A DNA stretch of 46,402 nt, taken from IMG/VR virus record IMGVR_UViG_3300033487_000013, positions 1 to 46,402 of that record. One strand, given 5' to 3'. This DNA comes from a virus. Lineage: Duplodnaviria > Caudoviricetes. A model generated the notes under the pieces. It was not told the DNA's origin, did not search any database, and worked only from the letters and a program-made list of their open reading frames with translations. This document shows positions 36,491 through 44,727 of this stretch, piece by piece (the first letter of the stretch is position 1; every line of letters starts with the position of its first letter). The translations under genes were made by a program, and so were the position numbers.

Positions 36491-36814
36491 ATGACACGAG
36501 ATGAATTTGAATCTTTAACTGTAGGAGTTATTAAGGTGGTACAAGATGAACTTATGGCAGAGTATGATCGATTAACTACTGCTAATAGACTACTCCTAAA
36601 GACAGGAGATAAAATGGCGGCAGAATTAGACCGGCTAGAAATCAAGACCACACGCCTGACTGCGCTGAATGCGCAACTGTTGGAGGCGTTGATTGATTTT
36701 ATGCGGATGGTTGAAGAACATTCAACACCAATTATCTTAGCCCATGCAACTATTTGGGGCAAGGCACATGCCGCCATCCGAGCGGCGGAGGGAAAAATAA
36801 TAAATGGCAATTAA
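36491..36814 (+). CDS. Coiled-coil hypothetical protein (paralogue of 28922-29137)
   Basis: GGAGG RBS, MTRDE start; AEYDRLT...NAQLLEALI; higher GC. Confidence 0.65.
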   Translation: MTRDEFESLTVGVIKVVQDELMAEYDRLTTANRLLLKTGDKMAAELDRLEIKTTRLTALNAQLLEALIDFMRMVEEHSTPIILAHATIWGKAHAAIRAAEGKIINGN

Positions 36815-37034
36815 ATCTGGCGGTAAATACCTGTGCTCTTACTGCTATAAGCCTTATACAGATCCAACTAAAGCAGATTCATGTAGAGACAATCATGATC
36901 TAATTTATGTACAGATCTCTAGAGAAGATCTAGCTAGGCTAATGCAGTTTATATTAACTAAAGACGAAGAGGTTTTAACAGAGAGTCTTGTTAGAAGCTT
37001 GAAGAAAATTCCTCTCAGGAAAAAGGAAGAATGA
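36804..37034 (+). CDS. Small zinc-finger protein
   Basis: Y.CSYC...Y.....A..C...H. Confidence 0.6.
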   Translation: MAIKSGGKYLCSYCYKPYTDPTKADSCRDNHDLIYVQISREDLARLMQFILTKDEEVLTESLVRSLKKIPLRKKEE

Positions 37035-37633
37035 ACACACCTATACTTACAGCTACATTAGGAACCAATTCTGATTTATTGCCGAAAGTATTTGAATTAT
37101 ATGTTCCTGATGGTTCTATAATTGCTGATATCACTTATGGACGAGGCGTATTTTGGAAGAATATTGATAAAAATAAATATACTCTCCTCGAAAGCGATAT
37201 AGCCATCAATGGAGTAGATTTTAGACGCTTGCCTTATGATTCTGACTCATTTGATGTTGTGATATTTGATCCTCCTTATATGCATGGTGGAAAAACAGTT
37301 GTAAAGAAAACACTAAACGATCCTTATCGCAATCATGAAGCTCCTGTTGATAGCCATGAAGGAGTTATCAGGCAGTATGCTTCAGGAATATTAGAAATAT
37401 CTAGAGTTCTAAAAAAGAAGGGAATTGCAATTATCAAGTGCCAGGATGAGATTGAGAGTGGAGTACAGCATTTGAGCCATGTAGAGATAATTCAACTATT
37501 GGACTTGTTAGGCTTTCAAGTTCTGGATATATTCATTCTGGTTCAGAATAATATACCAACAATGCGGGAAGATTACCAGAAGTCGGCAAGAAAAAACCAT
37601 AGCTACCTCATCATTGCTAAATTTAGGCGATAA
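37031..37633 (+). CDS. DNA N6-adenine methyltransferase (phage type)
   Basis: DITYGRGVFW, DFR.LPY, FDPPY, RVLK..G. Confidence 0.82.
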   Translation: MNTPILTATLGTNSDLLPKVFELYVPDGSIIADITYGRGVFWKNIDKNKYTLLESDIAINGVDFRRLPYDSDSFDVVIFDPPYMHGGKTVVKKTLNDPYRNHEAPVDSHEGVIRQYASGILEISRVLKKKGIAIIKCQDEIESGVQHLSHVEIIQLLDLLGFQVLDIFILVQNNIPTMREDYQKSARKNHSYLIIAKFRR

Positions 37634-37645
37634 GGAAAAATAAGA

Positions 37646-37852
37646 ATGATAGTAAAAATTAGAACTTGTTTTCATTGTGACAAAGAAATCTATCCAGAAG
37701 ATCTTAAGTTCCAGCTAGGGATAGATTTTCCATACGTAAATTTATGGTTTCATAGAGAATGCTATAAAGCTATTTCAGGAAATGTAGTAGATTACTTGCT
37801 AGAAAATTCAGACAAGCTTATCAAAGAAGCTGAAAAATTTACTAGAATGTAA
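37646..37852 (+). CDS. Small zinc-binding protein
   Basis: CFHC...FHREC. Confidence 0.6.
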   Translation: MIVKIRTCFHCDKEIYPEDLKFQLGIDFPYVNLWFHRECYKAISGNVVDYLLENSDKLIKEAEKFTRM

Positions 37853-37865
37853 TTGAAATGATAAA

Positions 37866-37877
37866 ATATGGTATAAT
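37866..37877 (+). promoter_or_regulatory. Extended -10 promoter element
   Basis: ATATGGTATAAT in an intergenic gap; same core as the 36136 and 36179 elements. Confidence 0.55.
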
Positions 37878-37910
37878 TATTAGTAGAAAATAGTAATTAA
37901 TGGAGGTAAA

Positions 37911-38108
37911 ATGATGACGAATGTTGTAAAAATTTCAGTAACTCCTAATGAAAAATCGGTCGTAGATTTCTTAGTAGACTCTCTTTCATCCCTACCGAAC
38001 ACTTTAATTGTTGAAACAGATTCATGTCCGGTGTGTGGAGAAGAAATTTACAGGGAAGGACATTGTAGTATCTGCTTAGGTTGTGGATACTCCAAGTGCA
38101 ATTTATAA
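37911..38108 (+). CDS. Stand-alone zinc ribbon resembling the NrdJ C-terminal domain
   Basis: CPVCG.....EGHC..C..CGYSKC; GGAGG RBS. Confidence 0.7.
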   Translation: MMTNVVKISVTPNEKSVVDFLVDSLSSLPNTLIVETDSCPVCGEEIYREGHCSICLGCGYSKCNL

Positions 38109-38109
38109 T

Positions 38110-38796
38110 ATGCCTAGACAGAAAACAGGGTTCAATGCCAAGAGTTTAAGAAACTTGCCTCAGTATAAAGATCTGGATGATGAAGAATTCAACGAACTAA
38201 TGTTGATAAAAGAAATAGATGCATCTCCAACTGAGGAATTTGAAACTAGAATTAAAAAGAAAATAGAAGAGTTTGAAGTAGATTATGATTTTTCAGATAT
38301 GAAAATTAATGATATGCTTTTGGTAAGGGCTTTAGCCCAAGCAATCATTAGTTTGGAAGACCTAGAACAAATTTATTATAAGTCACGATTAGTAGGTATA
38401 ACTCTAGATAACATTACGCTCCTCGAAAAACTATCTAAACAGATGGCTGATCTCAGATCAGATATATCTAAAATGCAAGATGATCTAAAAATTACGAGGA
38501 GGATCAGGAAGTCAGATAAGGAGGAGTCTGTAGTGAATTATCTAGAGTCCTTAACTCAAAAAGCCCATGAATTTTATGAGCAGAAAATGAGTTATATTCT
38601 ATGCGACAAATGTAATATGCTTCTAGGAACGATATGGACTTTATATCCACAGTCAGAGAACGTTATCGTTTTAACTTGTAAAAGAAAATTAGACAGTGGA
38701 GAAGTCTGTAATAATAAAGTAAAAGTTACAACCGCAGAATTATTAAGAAAGAAAGGATCTAACAAGCCCGATATTTTACCTGAAAGCTTGTTATAA
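38110..38796 (+). CDS. Coiled-coil protein, candidate terminase small subunit
   Basis: N-terminal KSLRNL, helical core, C-terminal Cys cluster; upstream of terL on the same strand. Confidence 0.45.
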   Translation: MPRQKTGFNAKSLRNLPQYKDLDDEEFNELMLIKEIDASPTEEFETRIKKKIEEFEVDYDFSDMKINDMLLVRALAQAIISLEDLEQIYYKSRLVGITLDNITLLEKLSKQMADLRSDISKMQDDLKITRRIRKSDKEESVVNYLESLTQKAHEFYEQKMSYILCDKCNMLLGTIWTLYPQSENVIVLTCKRKLDSGEVCNNKVKVTTAELLRKKGSNKPDILPESLL

Positions 38797-38822
38797 ATTA
38801 TAAAAGGAAAGGAGAAATAAAA

Positions 38823-39080
38823 ATGGAATCACCCGCTCATAGTCCAGTTGTAAAAAAAATTACCACTAGTGGTATTAATAAAAAAGTAGAAATGAATTTC
38901 CCTGATGCAATAAGAGAGGTTATTGCTGGCAATAAAGTTGCTCGTCTTGAATGGGAAGACAAAGATCCAAATTCTTATATGTATTTAGATGGGCATTTAA
39001 TGATTAGCTTAGAGAGTGGAAAGCATACACTTCTTGTCAGAGATGTGGATATGCTTGGAGAGGATTGGGTTGTTGTATGA
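38823..39080 (+). CDS. DUF2829 / Tad2-like protein
   Basis: MNF.DAI.....G.KVAR..W ... DML.EDW.VV. Confidence 0.68.
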   Translation: MESPAHSPVVKKITTSGINKKVEMNFPDAIREVIAGNKVARLEWEDKDPNSYMYLDGHLMISLESGKHTLLVRDVDMLGEDWVVV

Positions 39081-39664
39081 CAATAATAAAAGAGGGTGGA
39101 AGAAAAAGATCTGATAAAGATTTCTATCCGACTCCAATAGAATTTGCTAGAGCAGTAGTTAATACTGTTATTCCAAAAGAATGTAGTCCAGCATTTATTT
39201 GTGACCCTGGTGCTGGTACTGGAGTTTGGGGAAAAGCTTTAAAAGAAGTAGATAAATTTAAACCTTCTTATCTAGTTGGAGTAGATAAATTTTTTGAAAA
39301 ACCTTCCGAAGATTATGATGAATGGGATATAGATGATTATCTAAACTATACATTCATGTTTGGAACTTACGATCTAATCATAGGAAATCCTCCTTACAGT
39401 TTAGCTGAGGAATTTATCAGACAAAGTTTAGAAATACTTAATGGTGAAGGATATTTGATTTTCCTTTTACGTCTTTCTATGTTAGAAAGTGCTACTAGAG
39501 GAAAAGGATTATGGAAAGAAACTCCACTAAAAGAAGTTAATGTTTGTATCCAAAGAATAAGTTTTACTGGGGACGGTCATACAGATGATACTGCTTATGG
39601 AGTTTTTGTTTGGAAAAAAGATTTTGTAGGTAGTCCTATTTTGAAATGGTTGGATTGGAGATGA
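39077..39664 (+). CDS. DNA N6-adenine methyltransferase
   Basis: DFYPTP, DPGAGTG, IIGNPPY, FLLRL..LE. Confidence 0.88.
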   Translation: MTIIKEGGRKRSDKDFYPTPIEFARAVVNTVIPKECSPAFICDPGAGTGVWGKALKEVDKFKPSYLVGVDKFFEKPSEDYDEWDIDDYLNYTFMFGTYDLIIGNPPYSLAEEFIRQSLEILNGEGYLIFLLRLSMLESATRGKGLWKETPLKEVNVCIQRISFTGDGHTDDTAYGVFVWKKDFVGSPILKWLDWR

Positions 39665-40392
39665 TAACTTTTTTAGAACTTGGTAATTATGGTAGGCTAG
39701 GAAATCAATTATTCCAAATAGCCAGTACAATTGGCATAGCTACAAAGAATGATCATAGTTATTCTTTTTCTAAATGGGAATATTCAAAATATTTTTTAAA
39801 TGAATTGCCCCAAGTGATTATGCATTCTGGATTTCCTTATGGAATAGAAGAAATAAAAGAAACAAGTCCGTATTATAAAGATATAAAATTAGGTGAAAAT
39901 TATCTATGGTATGATCTAAAAGGGTATTTCCAAAGCTGGAAATACTTTGATCATTGTAAAGAATTAATTAAATATTATTTTACTCCTAATTTTTCTACTC
40001 CTCCGACTAAAGGAACAGCAGGTATCCACGTTAGAAGAGGAGATTATCTATATCTTCAACATACTCATCCAGTCTTAACAATGGATTATTATAATAGAGC
40101 AATAGATTATTTTGATCCAGAAAGATATTCTTTTCTAGTTTTCTCTGATGATGTCACTTGGTGTAAAGAAAACTTTATAGGAAATAAATTTTCTTTTTCT
40201 GAAGAAAAAGATGAAGTAAAAGATTTATTTCTTTTGTCTAGTTGTGAACATCAGATAATAGCTAATTCTAGTTTTAGTTGGTGGGGTGCTTGGCTTAATG
40301 AATCACCAAACAAAGTAGTTATAGCACCTAAAAATTATGTGATTGGAGAAGATCATTCAGATCGTATTCCTCCAGAATGGATAACAATATGA
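39661..40392 (+). CDS. GT11 alpha-1,2-fucosyltransferase-like protein
   Basis: GRLGNQLFQ, GYFQS, HVRRGDY, FSDD, IIANSSFSWWGAWL. Confidence 0.93.
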   Translation: MITFLELGNYGRLGNQLFQIASTIGIATKNDHSYSFSKWEYSKYFLNELPQVIMHSGFPYGIEEIKETSPYYKDIKLGENYLWYDLKGYFQSWKYFDHCKELIKYYFTPNFSTPPTKGTAGIHVRRGDYLYLQHTHPVLTMDYYNRAIDYFDPERYSFLVFSDDVTWCKENFIGNKFSFSEEKDEVKDLFLLSSCEHQIIANSSFSWWGAWLNESPNKVVIAPKNYVIGEDHSDRIPPEWITI

Positions 40393-40583
40393 ACGATTGG
40401 ATAAAGTTTGATGAACAAACTCCACCAATGACTGACGATCCTACTAATCCTGGAGCTAAATGGTACGAAGTTAAATTAAAAGATGGTAGAATAATTCATG
40501 AAAGTTGGTGGCTTAATCATTGGTATTGCTCATTTAATAATGGTAATGTAGAATATTGGAGGCCAATTGAAGATAAACCCTAG
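40389..40583 (+). CDS. Small DUF551-like protein
   Basis: WIK..E..P ... V.YWRP. Confidence 0.55.
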   Translation: MNDWIKFDEQTPPMTDDPTNPGAKWYEVKLKDGRIIHESWWLNHWYCSFNNGNVEYWRPIEDKP

Positions 40584-41193
40584 GGGCTATTGGGAAAATG
40601 ATACAGAAGAAGGTCATGGAGTTGATAGAAAATTATCAGATGGACTCTGTGATTTCTTTGAAAAGGAATATAAAGATTTCATGCTGGATTATGACAATTC
40701 ACAAATCTGTATTCTAGATGTAGGATGTGGAACTGGATTTTATACCAGAAAACTAAACACAGATTTTTCTGTATGTGATGGATACGATGGCAATCCCTAT
40801 ACAGAAAAAATTACTAATGGTAGATGTAAAGTAACAGATTTCTCTAAGAGAATAGATCTTGCATCTATTCCTATATATGATTGGGTTCTCTGTTTAGAAG
40901 TAGGTGAGCATATTCCTCAAAGATATGAAAGAATTTTCCTAGATAATATTTGTCAAAGAGCAGAACATGGAATTATTCTTAGCTGGTCTATCCCTGAATT
41001 TGGGGGAGATGGACATGTTAATCCTCTAGAAAATGGAATGGTTATAAAAAAATTGAAAAGATATAAGTTTGATTTTGTACCAGAAGAAACAAATATTCTT
41101 AGGGCAAGTGCATCTCCGTACCCTCAAACTGGATGGTGGTTTTCTAAAACACTTATGGTATTTAGAAAAATGCACTATTGGAGAGAAGAATAA
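40567..41193 (+). CDS. Class I SAM-dependent methyltransferase
   Basis: LDVGCGTG, GYDG, LEVGEHIP, GHVN; start is non-ATG and uncertain. Confidence 0.85.
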   Translation: MKINPRGYWENDTEEGHGVDRKLSDGLCDFFEKEYKDFMLDYDNSQICILDVGCGTGFYTRKLNTDFSVCDGYDGNPYTEKITNGRCKVTDFSKRIDLASIPIYDWVLCLEVGEHIPQRYERIFLDNICQRAEHGIILSWSIPEFGGDGHVNPLENGMVIKKLKRYKFDFVPEETNILRASASPYPQTGWWFSKTLMVFRKMHYWREE

Positions 41194-41195
41194 AT

Positions 41196-41630
41196 ATGGG
41201 AATAATTGTTTACACTGGCGGTACTTTCGATGTCCCTCATGTTGGTCACGTTAATTTTCTAAGACAATGTAAAGAATATTTTCCAGATAGTTATTTAATC
41301 TTAGGACTAAATACAGATGAATTTATAGAGGAGTTTAAAGGAAAGAAGCCAATTTTTTCTTATGAAGAAAGAAAAAAATTGTTAGAAACTATAAATTATG
41401 TGGATGAAATTATTCCTAATACTGGAGGGAAAGACTCCAAACCAGCAATCTCTATTGCTAAACCAGATGTAATTATTATTGGTAGTGATTGGTTAAAGAA
41501 AGATTATCTAAAGCAAATGGATTTTACAGAGGAATGGTTAAGAGATCAACATATTGCTTTAATTTATATTCCTTATACAGATATTATTTCTACTACGGAA
41601 ATAAAGAAAAGGATAAGAGATGCTGAGTGA
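41196..41630 (+). CDS. Cytidylyl/adenylyltransferase (TagD/RfaE-like, HIGH family)
   Basis: GGTFD..HVGH, K.PI..YEER, GSDW, ISTT.IK. Confidence 0.9.
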   Translation: MGIIVYTGGTFDVPHVGHVNFLRQCKEYFPDSYLILGLNTDEFIEEFKGKKPIFSYEERKKLLETINYVDEIIPNTGGKDSKPAISIAKPDVIIIGSDWLKKDYLKQMDFTEEWLRDQHIALIYIPYTDIISTTEIKKRIRDAE

Positions 41631-42363
41631 TACAGTTGTAGTTACTTTTTCTGGAACTCCCATACATAAAGAATATCAAAAAGAATTTGATAGTTTGTAT
41701 AGAAAATATTTTCATAACCATATTAAATGGACTGGAGATTTATTAAAAGAAACGGAGTTTTATAAAAATAATTTAGATATATTTAAATATAAAAAATACT
41801 TTGGATATTTTTTATGGAAACCATATATAATTCTATCCACTATGATAAACTACGAAGGAGAGAATAAAAATATTTTATATTGTGACAGTAATCTAAGATT
41901 TAGATCTATAGGATCTTTTGAGTATTCTTTCAATCAATGGCTTGAGAAAGAAAAAATTTTTTTAGTAAAACACGACCATCATTATAATTATGAGTGGACT
42001 AAAAGAGATACATTTATTTTAATGGATGCCGATGAAGAGAAGTATTGGAACGCTCAACAGCGTTGGTCTATTCTACTTGGTACTACGATCTCTGAATTTC
42101 CATATAGATTTTTTTATAGATATTTAAATTTTTGTAAAGATATTAATATTGTTACAGAAGAACCAAATGTTTGTGGACTTCCTAATCTTGAAGGATTCAG
42201 AGAACATAGATGGGAGCAGAGCGTGTTATCTATTTTAGCTGAAAAATATAATATAGATGGCCCTACTGATATAGAAATGTTAAAATATTACGATAAAATT
42301 TATAGTCCCGAACTATTGGAAATGAAATCTAAAACAAATCCTTTGGATAAAACCGATGTTTAA
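41620..42363 (+). CDS. Putative glycosyltransferase
   Basis: GY.LWKPYII, LYCDS, WTKRD, F.EHR.EQS.LS; lies within the glycan cluster. Confidence 0.6.
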   Translation: MLSDTVVVTFSGTPIHKEYQKEFDSLYRKYFHNHIKWTGDLLKETEFYKNNLDIFKYKKYFGYFLWKPYIILSTMINYEGENKNILYCDSNLRFRSIGSFEYSFNQWLEKEKIFLVKHDHHYNYEWTKRDTFILMDADEEKYWNAQQRWSILLGTTISEFPYRFFYRYLNFCKDINIVTEEPNVCGLPNLEGFREHRWEQSVLSILAEKYNIDGPTDIEMLKYYDKIYSPELLEMKSKTNPLDKTDV

Positions 42364-42871
42364 TTATTACATAAATGATCTACAATTAATTTGTAAAGAA
42401 ATTGATTCAGATTTAATAGAAAAAGTAGTAGATAAATTAAAGAAAAATGTAACTATATTTACCGCCGGAAATGGTGGAAGTTTTTCAAATGCTTCTCATT
42501 TTACGCAAGATCTAGTTCTAACCTGTGGATTAAAGTCTTATTGTTTATTAGATAATACTTCTATACTAACTGCTTTATCAAACGATTATGATTATGAAGA
42601 CTCTGTTTCAATATTATTTGAAAAATTATCTAAACCACAGGATGTTTTATTCCTAATTAGTTATTCTGGAGAGAGTGAAAATCTTATTTCAACCGCTATT
42701 TGGGCTAATCTTCATGATCGTTTTGTTATTTCTATAACTGGAAATCCAGACAATCCTGTACAAAGATGCTCTAATATAGCCATAAACATTCCTACTAAAG
42801 ATATTAGAATGTGTGAAAATATACATTCAATTCTTTTACATTACATTATCGAAAGGCTATTAGAAAAATGA
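42356..42871 (+). CDS. gmhA: Phosphoheptose isomerase-like SIS protein
   Basis: GNGGS...ASHF..D, TA..NDY, IS.SG.S.N, E..H. Confidence 0.85.
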   Translation: MFNYYINDLQLICKEIDSDLIEKVVDKLKKNVTIFTAGNGGSFSNASHFTQDLVLTCGLKSYCLLDNTSILTALSNDYDYEDSVSILFEKLSKPQDVLFLISYSGESENLISTAIWANLHDRFVISITGNPDNPVQRCSNIAINIPTKDIRMCENIHSILLHYIIERLLEK

Positions 42872-43503
42872 GTCCCTGGAAATTTTTTGATTTTATTTAT
42901 TGTATAAATTTAGATTCTAGAAAAGATAGATGGAAAGAATCCATAGAAGAATTTTCTAAAGTGGGGGTATTAGATAAAGTAGTTAGAATTCCAGGAGTTA
43001 ACCATACTAAGCGTTTTTACGGATGTCATCTAGCTCACGCTAATTGTATTAAAGACGCTATTCAAAACAAAGCTAATAATATATTAATCTTTGAAGATGA
43101 TATTGAATTCTTTCCAAATGCATGTGAGAATTTAATTCAAGCAGTTATAGAACTTCCTGAAGATTGGGATATGTTTTATCTAGGAGCAAACTTAGATTCT
43201 TATCCGGCTTATCAAATTTCTGATCATATAATTAAATTAACTGGGGCATTTTCTACCCATGCTTATGCTATAAAAGCTACTTTGTTTGATAAGCTATTAG
43301 AAATAAATCTAGATCCGACTATAGGAAACAATGATGTATGTTATGCACATCTTGTACATCCAGAATATAATTGTTATTTAGCTTACCCGTTAATTTGTGG
43401 GCAAAGGAAAAGTTATTCTGATATTCAAAAAGCAGTTATAGAATCTAATCCCATGTTTGTAGAGAGGGTTCAAAGAAATACAAAATGGGTGTCGAAGCTG
43501 TAG
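42868..43503 (+). CDS. GT25 family glycosyltransferase
   Basis: INL..R.DR, GC..AH, IFEDD, WD.FYLG, THAY. Confidence 0.88.
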   Translation: MSPWKFFDFIYCINLDSRKDRWKESIEEFSKVGVLDKVVRIPGVNHTKRFYGCHLAHANCIKDAIQNKANNILIFEDDIEFFPNACENLIQAVIELPEDWDMFYLGANLDSYPAYQISDHIIKLTGAFSTHAYAIKATLFDKLLEINLDPTIGNNDVCYAHLVHPEYNCYLAYPLICGQRKSYSDIQKAVIESNPMFVERVQRNTKWVSKL

Positions 43504-44090
43504 ACTTTTTAACTTTTATAACTCCGACTCTCGGAAGAAAAACTTTAGAAAGAACTTTCAAATCACTTGAAGCACAGCATGATTGGAATTGGAAGTGGAT
43601 AGTTGTGTGGGATGGCTTAGAACCAAATCAAATTTTCAATACAGATAGACAAATAAATATTGTAACCCCTAAGTTAGCCCATGCTGGATTAGTTAGAAAT
43701 GTTGGAATAGAAAATGTAGAAACTAAATGGATGGCTTTTCTAGATGACGATGATTGGGTAGAACCAGATTATACAAACAGATTAAAATTTCATGTTTCAA
43801 AAGATCCGACTTTAGATATTGTCATATTTAGTTATAAAGACATTACCAATAATAATATTCAACCACCTCCAGGATTAAAAGACATAAGAGAATGTAATGT
43901 AGGAATTTCGTTTGCCTGTAGAACAGAATTTATTTTGAATAATAATATTAGATTTACTCCCTATGCTATAGAAGATTTTAGATTTTTGGATGACTGTAAA
44001 AGGGCTGGAGCTAAATATATACTCACCCATGAAATTAAATATTTGGTTGGAGGGATAGGAGGCTGGCTTGTACAAAGGAAAGGAAATTAA
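43485..44090 (+). CDS. GT2 family glycosyltransferase
   Basis: ITPT.GR, VV.DG, RN.GI, FLDDDD, ED. Confidence 0.85.
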   Translation: MGVEAVDFLTFITPTLGRKTLERTFKSLEAQHDWNWKWIVVWDGLEPNQIFNTDRQINIVTPKLAHAGLVRNVGIENVETKWMAFLDDDDWVEPDYTNRLKFHVSKDPTLDIVIFSYKDITNNNIQPPPGLKDIRECNVGISFACRTEFILNNNIRFTPYAIEDFRFLDDCKRAGAKYILTHEIKYLVGGIGGWLVQRKGN

Positions 44091-44724
44091 TTTATGTATT
44101 CCTACTTTAAATAGATATGATCTATTAACGAAATGTGTGTTAAGTGCTGTTAATGGAACAGTAAAACCAACACAGATTTTGATTATAGATAATGGATGTA
44201 AGTTAGAAAGACCTAATATAGAAAATTTACACGTTTATAATTTTGGAAAGAACATTGGCGTTGCCGCTAGTTGGAATTTTTTTATAAAGAATACAGCAGA
44301 GTATAGAATTATTTGTAATGACGATGTAGACTTTTTTGAAGATACTATTGAAATTTTATTAAATGCTTCAGATGAAAATTGTGTAGCTTACCCTGGAGCA
44401 GTTCCATCAGATAACGCTTTCTCTTGTTTTGTTATTCCAGATAAGATAGTAAATATAGTTGGATATTTTGATGAAAAAATATCTCCAAACTATGCATACT
44501 TTGAGGATAATGATTATTTTAGAAGAATGAACTTGGCTGGTTATTCAACTAGAAGAGTTTTTGAATCTAGATTAAACCACATAAAGAGTTCTACTTTACA
44601 TGGCTTTACTATTCAAGAACAAAATCAACATCACTTCTTATTTAGGAAAGCTAGAGAAAATTATATTAGAAAATGGGGAGGTATACCAGGAGAGGAGAGA
44701 TTAATCATTCCTAAAACTTTATAG
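44068..44724 (+). CDS. GT2 family glycosyltransferase
   Basis: IPT.NR, IIDNG, N.GVA.SWN, NDD, G.FDE, EDND. Confidence 0.85.
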   Translation: MYKGKEINLCIPTLNRYDLLTKCVLSAVNGTVKPTQILIIDNGCKLERPNIENLHVYNFGKNIGVAASWNFFIKNTAEYRIICNDDVDFFEDTIEILLNASDENCVAYPGAVPSDNAFSCFVIPDKIVNIVGYFDEKISPNYAYFEDNDYFRRMNLAGYSTRRVFESRLNHIKSSTLHGFTIQEQNQHHFLFRKARENYIRKWGGIPGEERLIIPKTL

Positions 44725-44727
44725 AAT

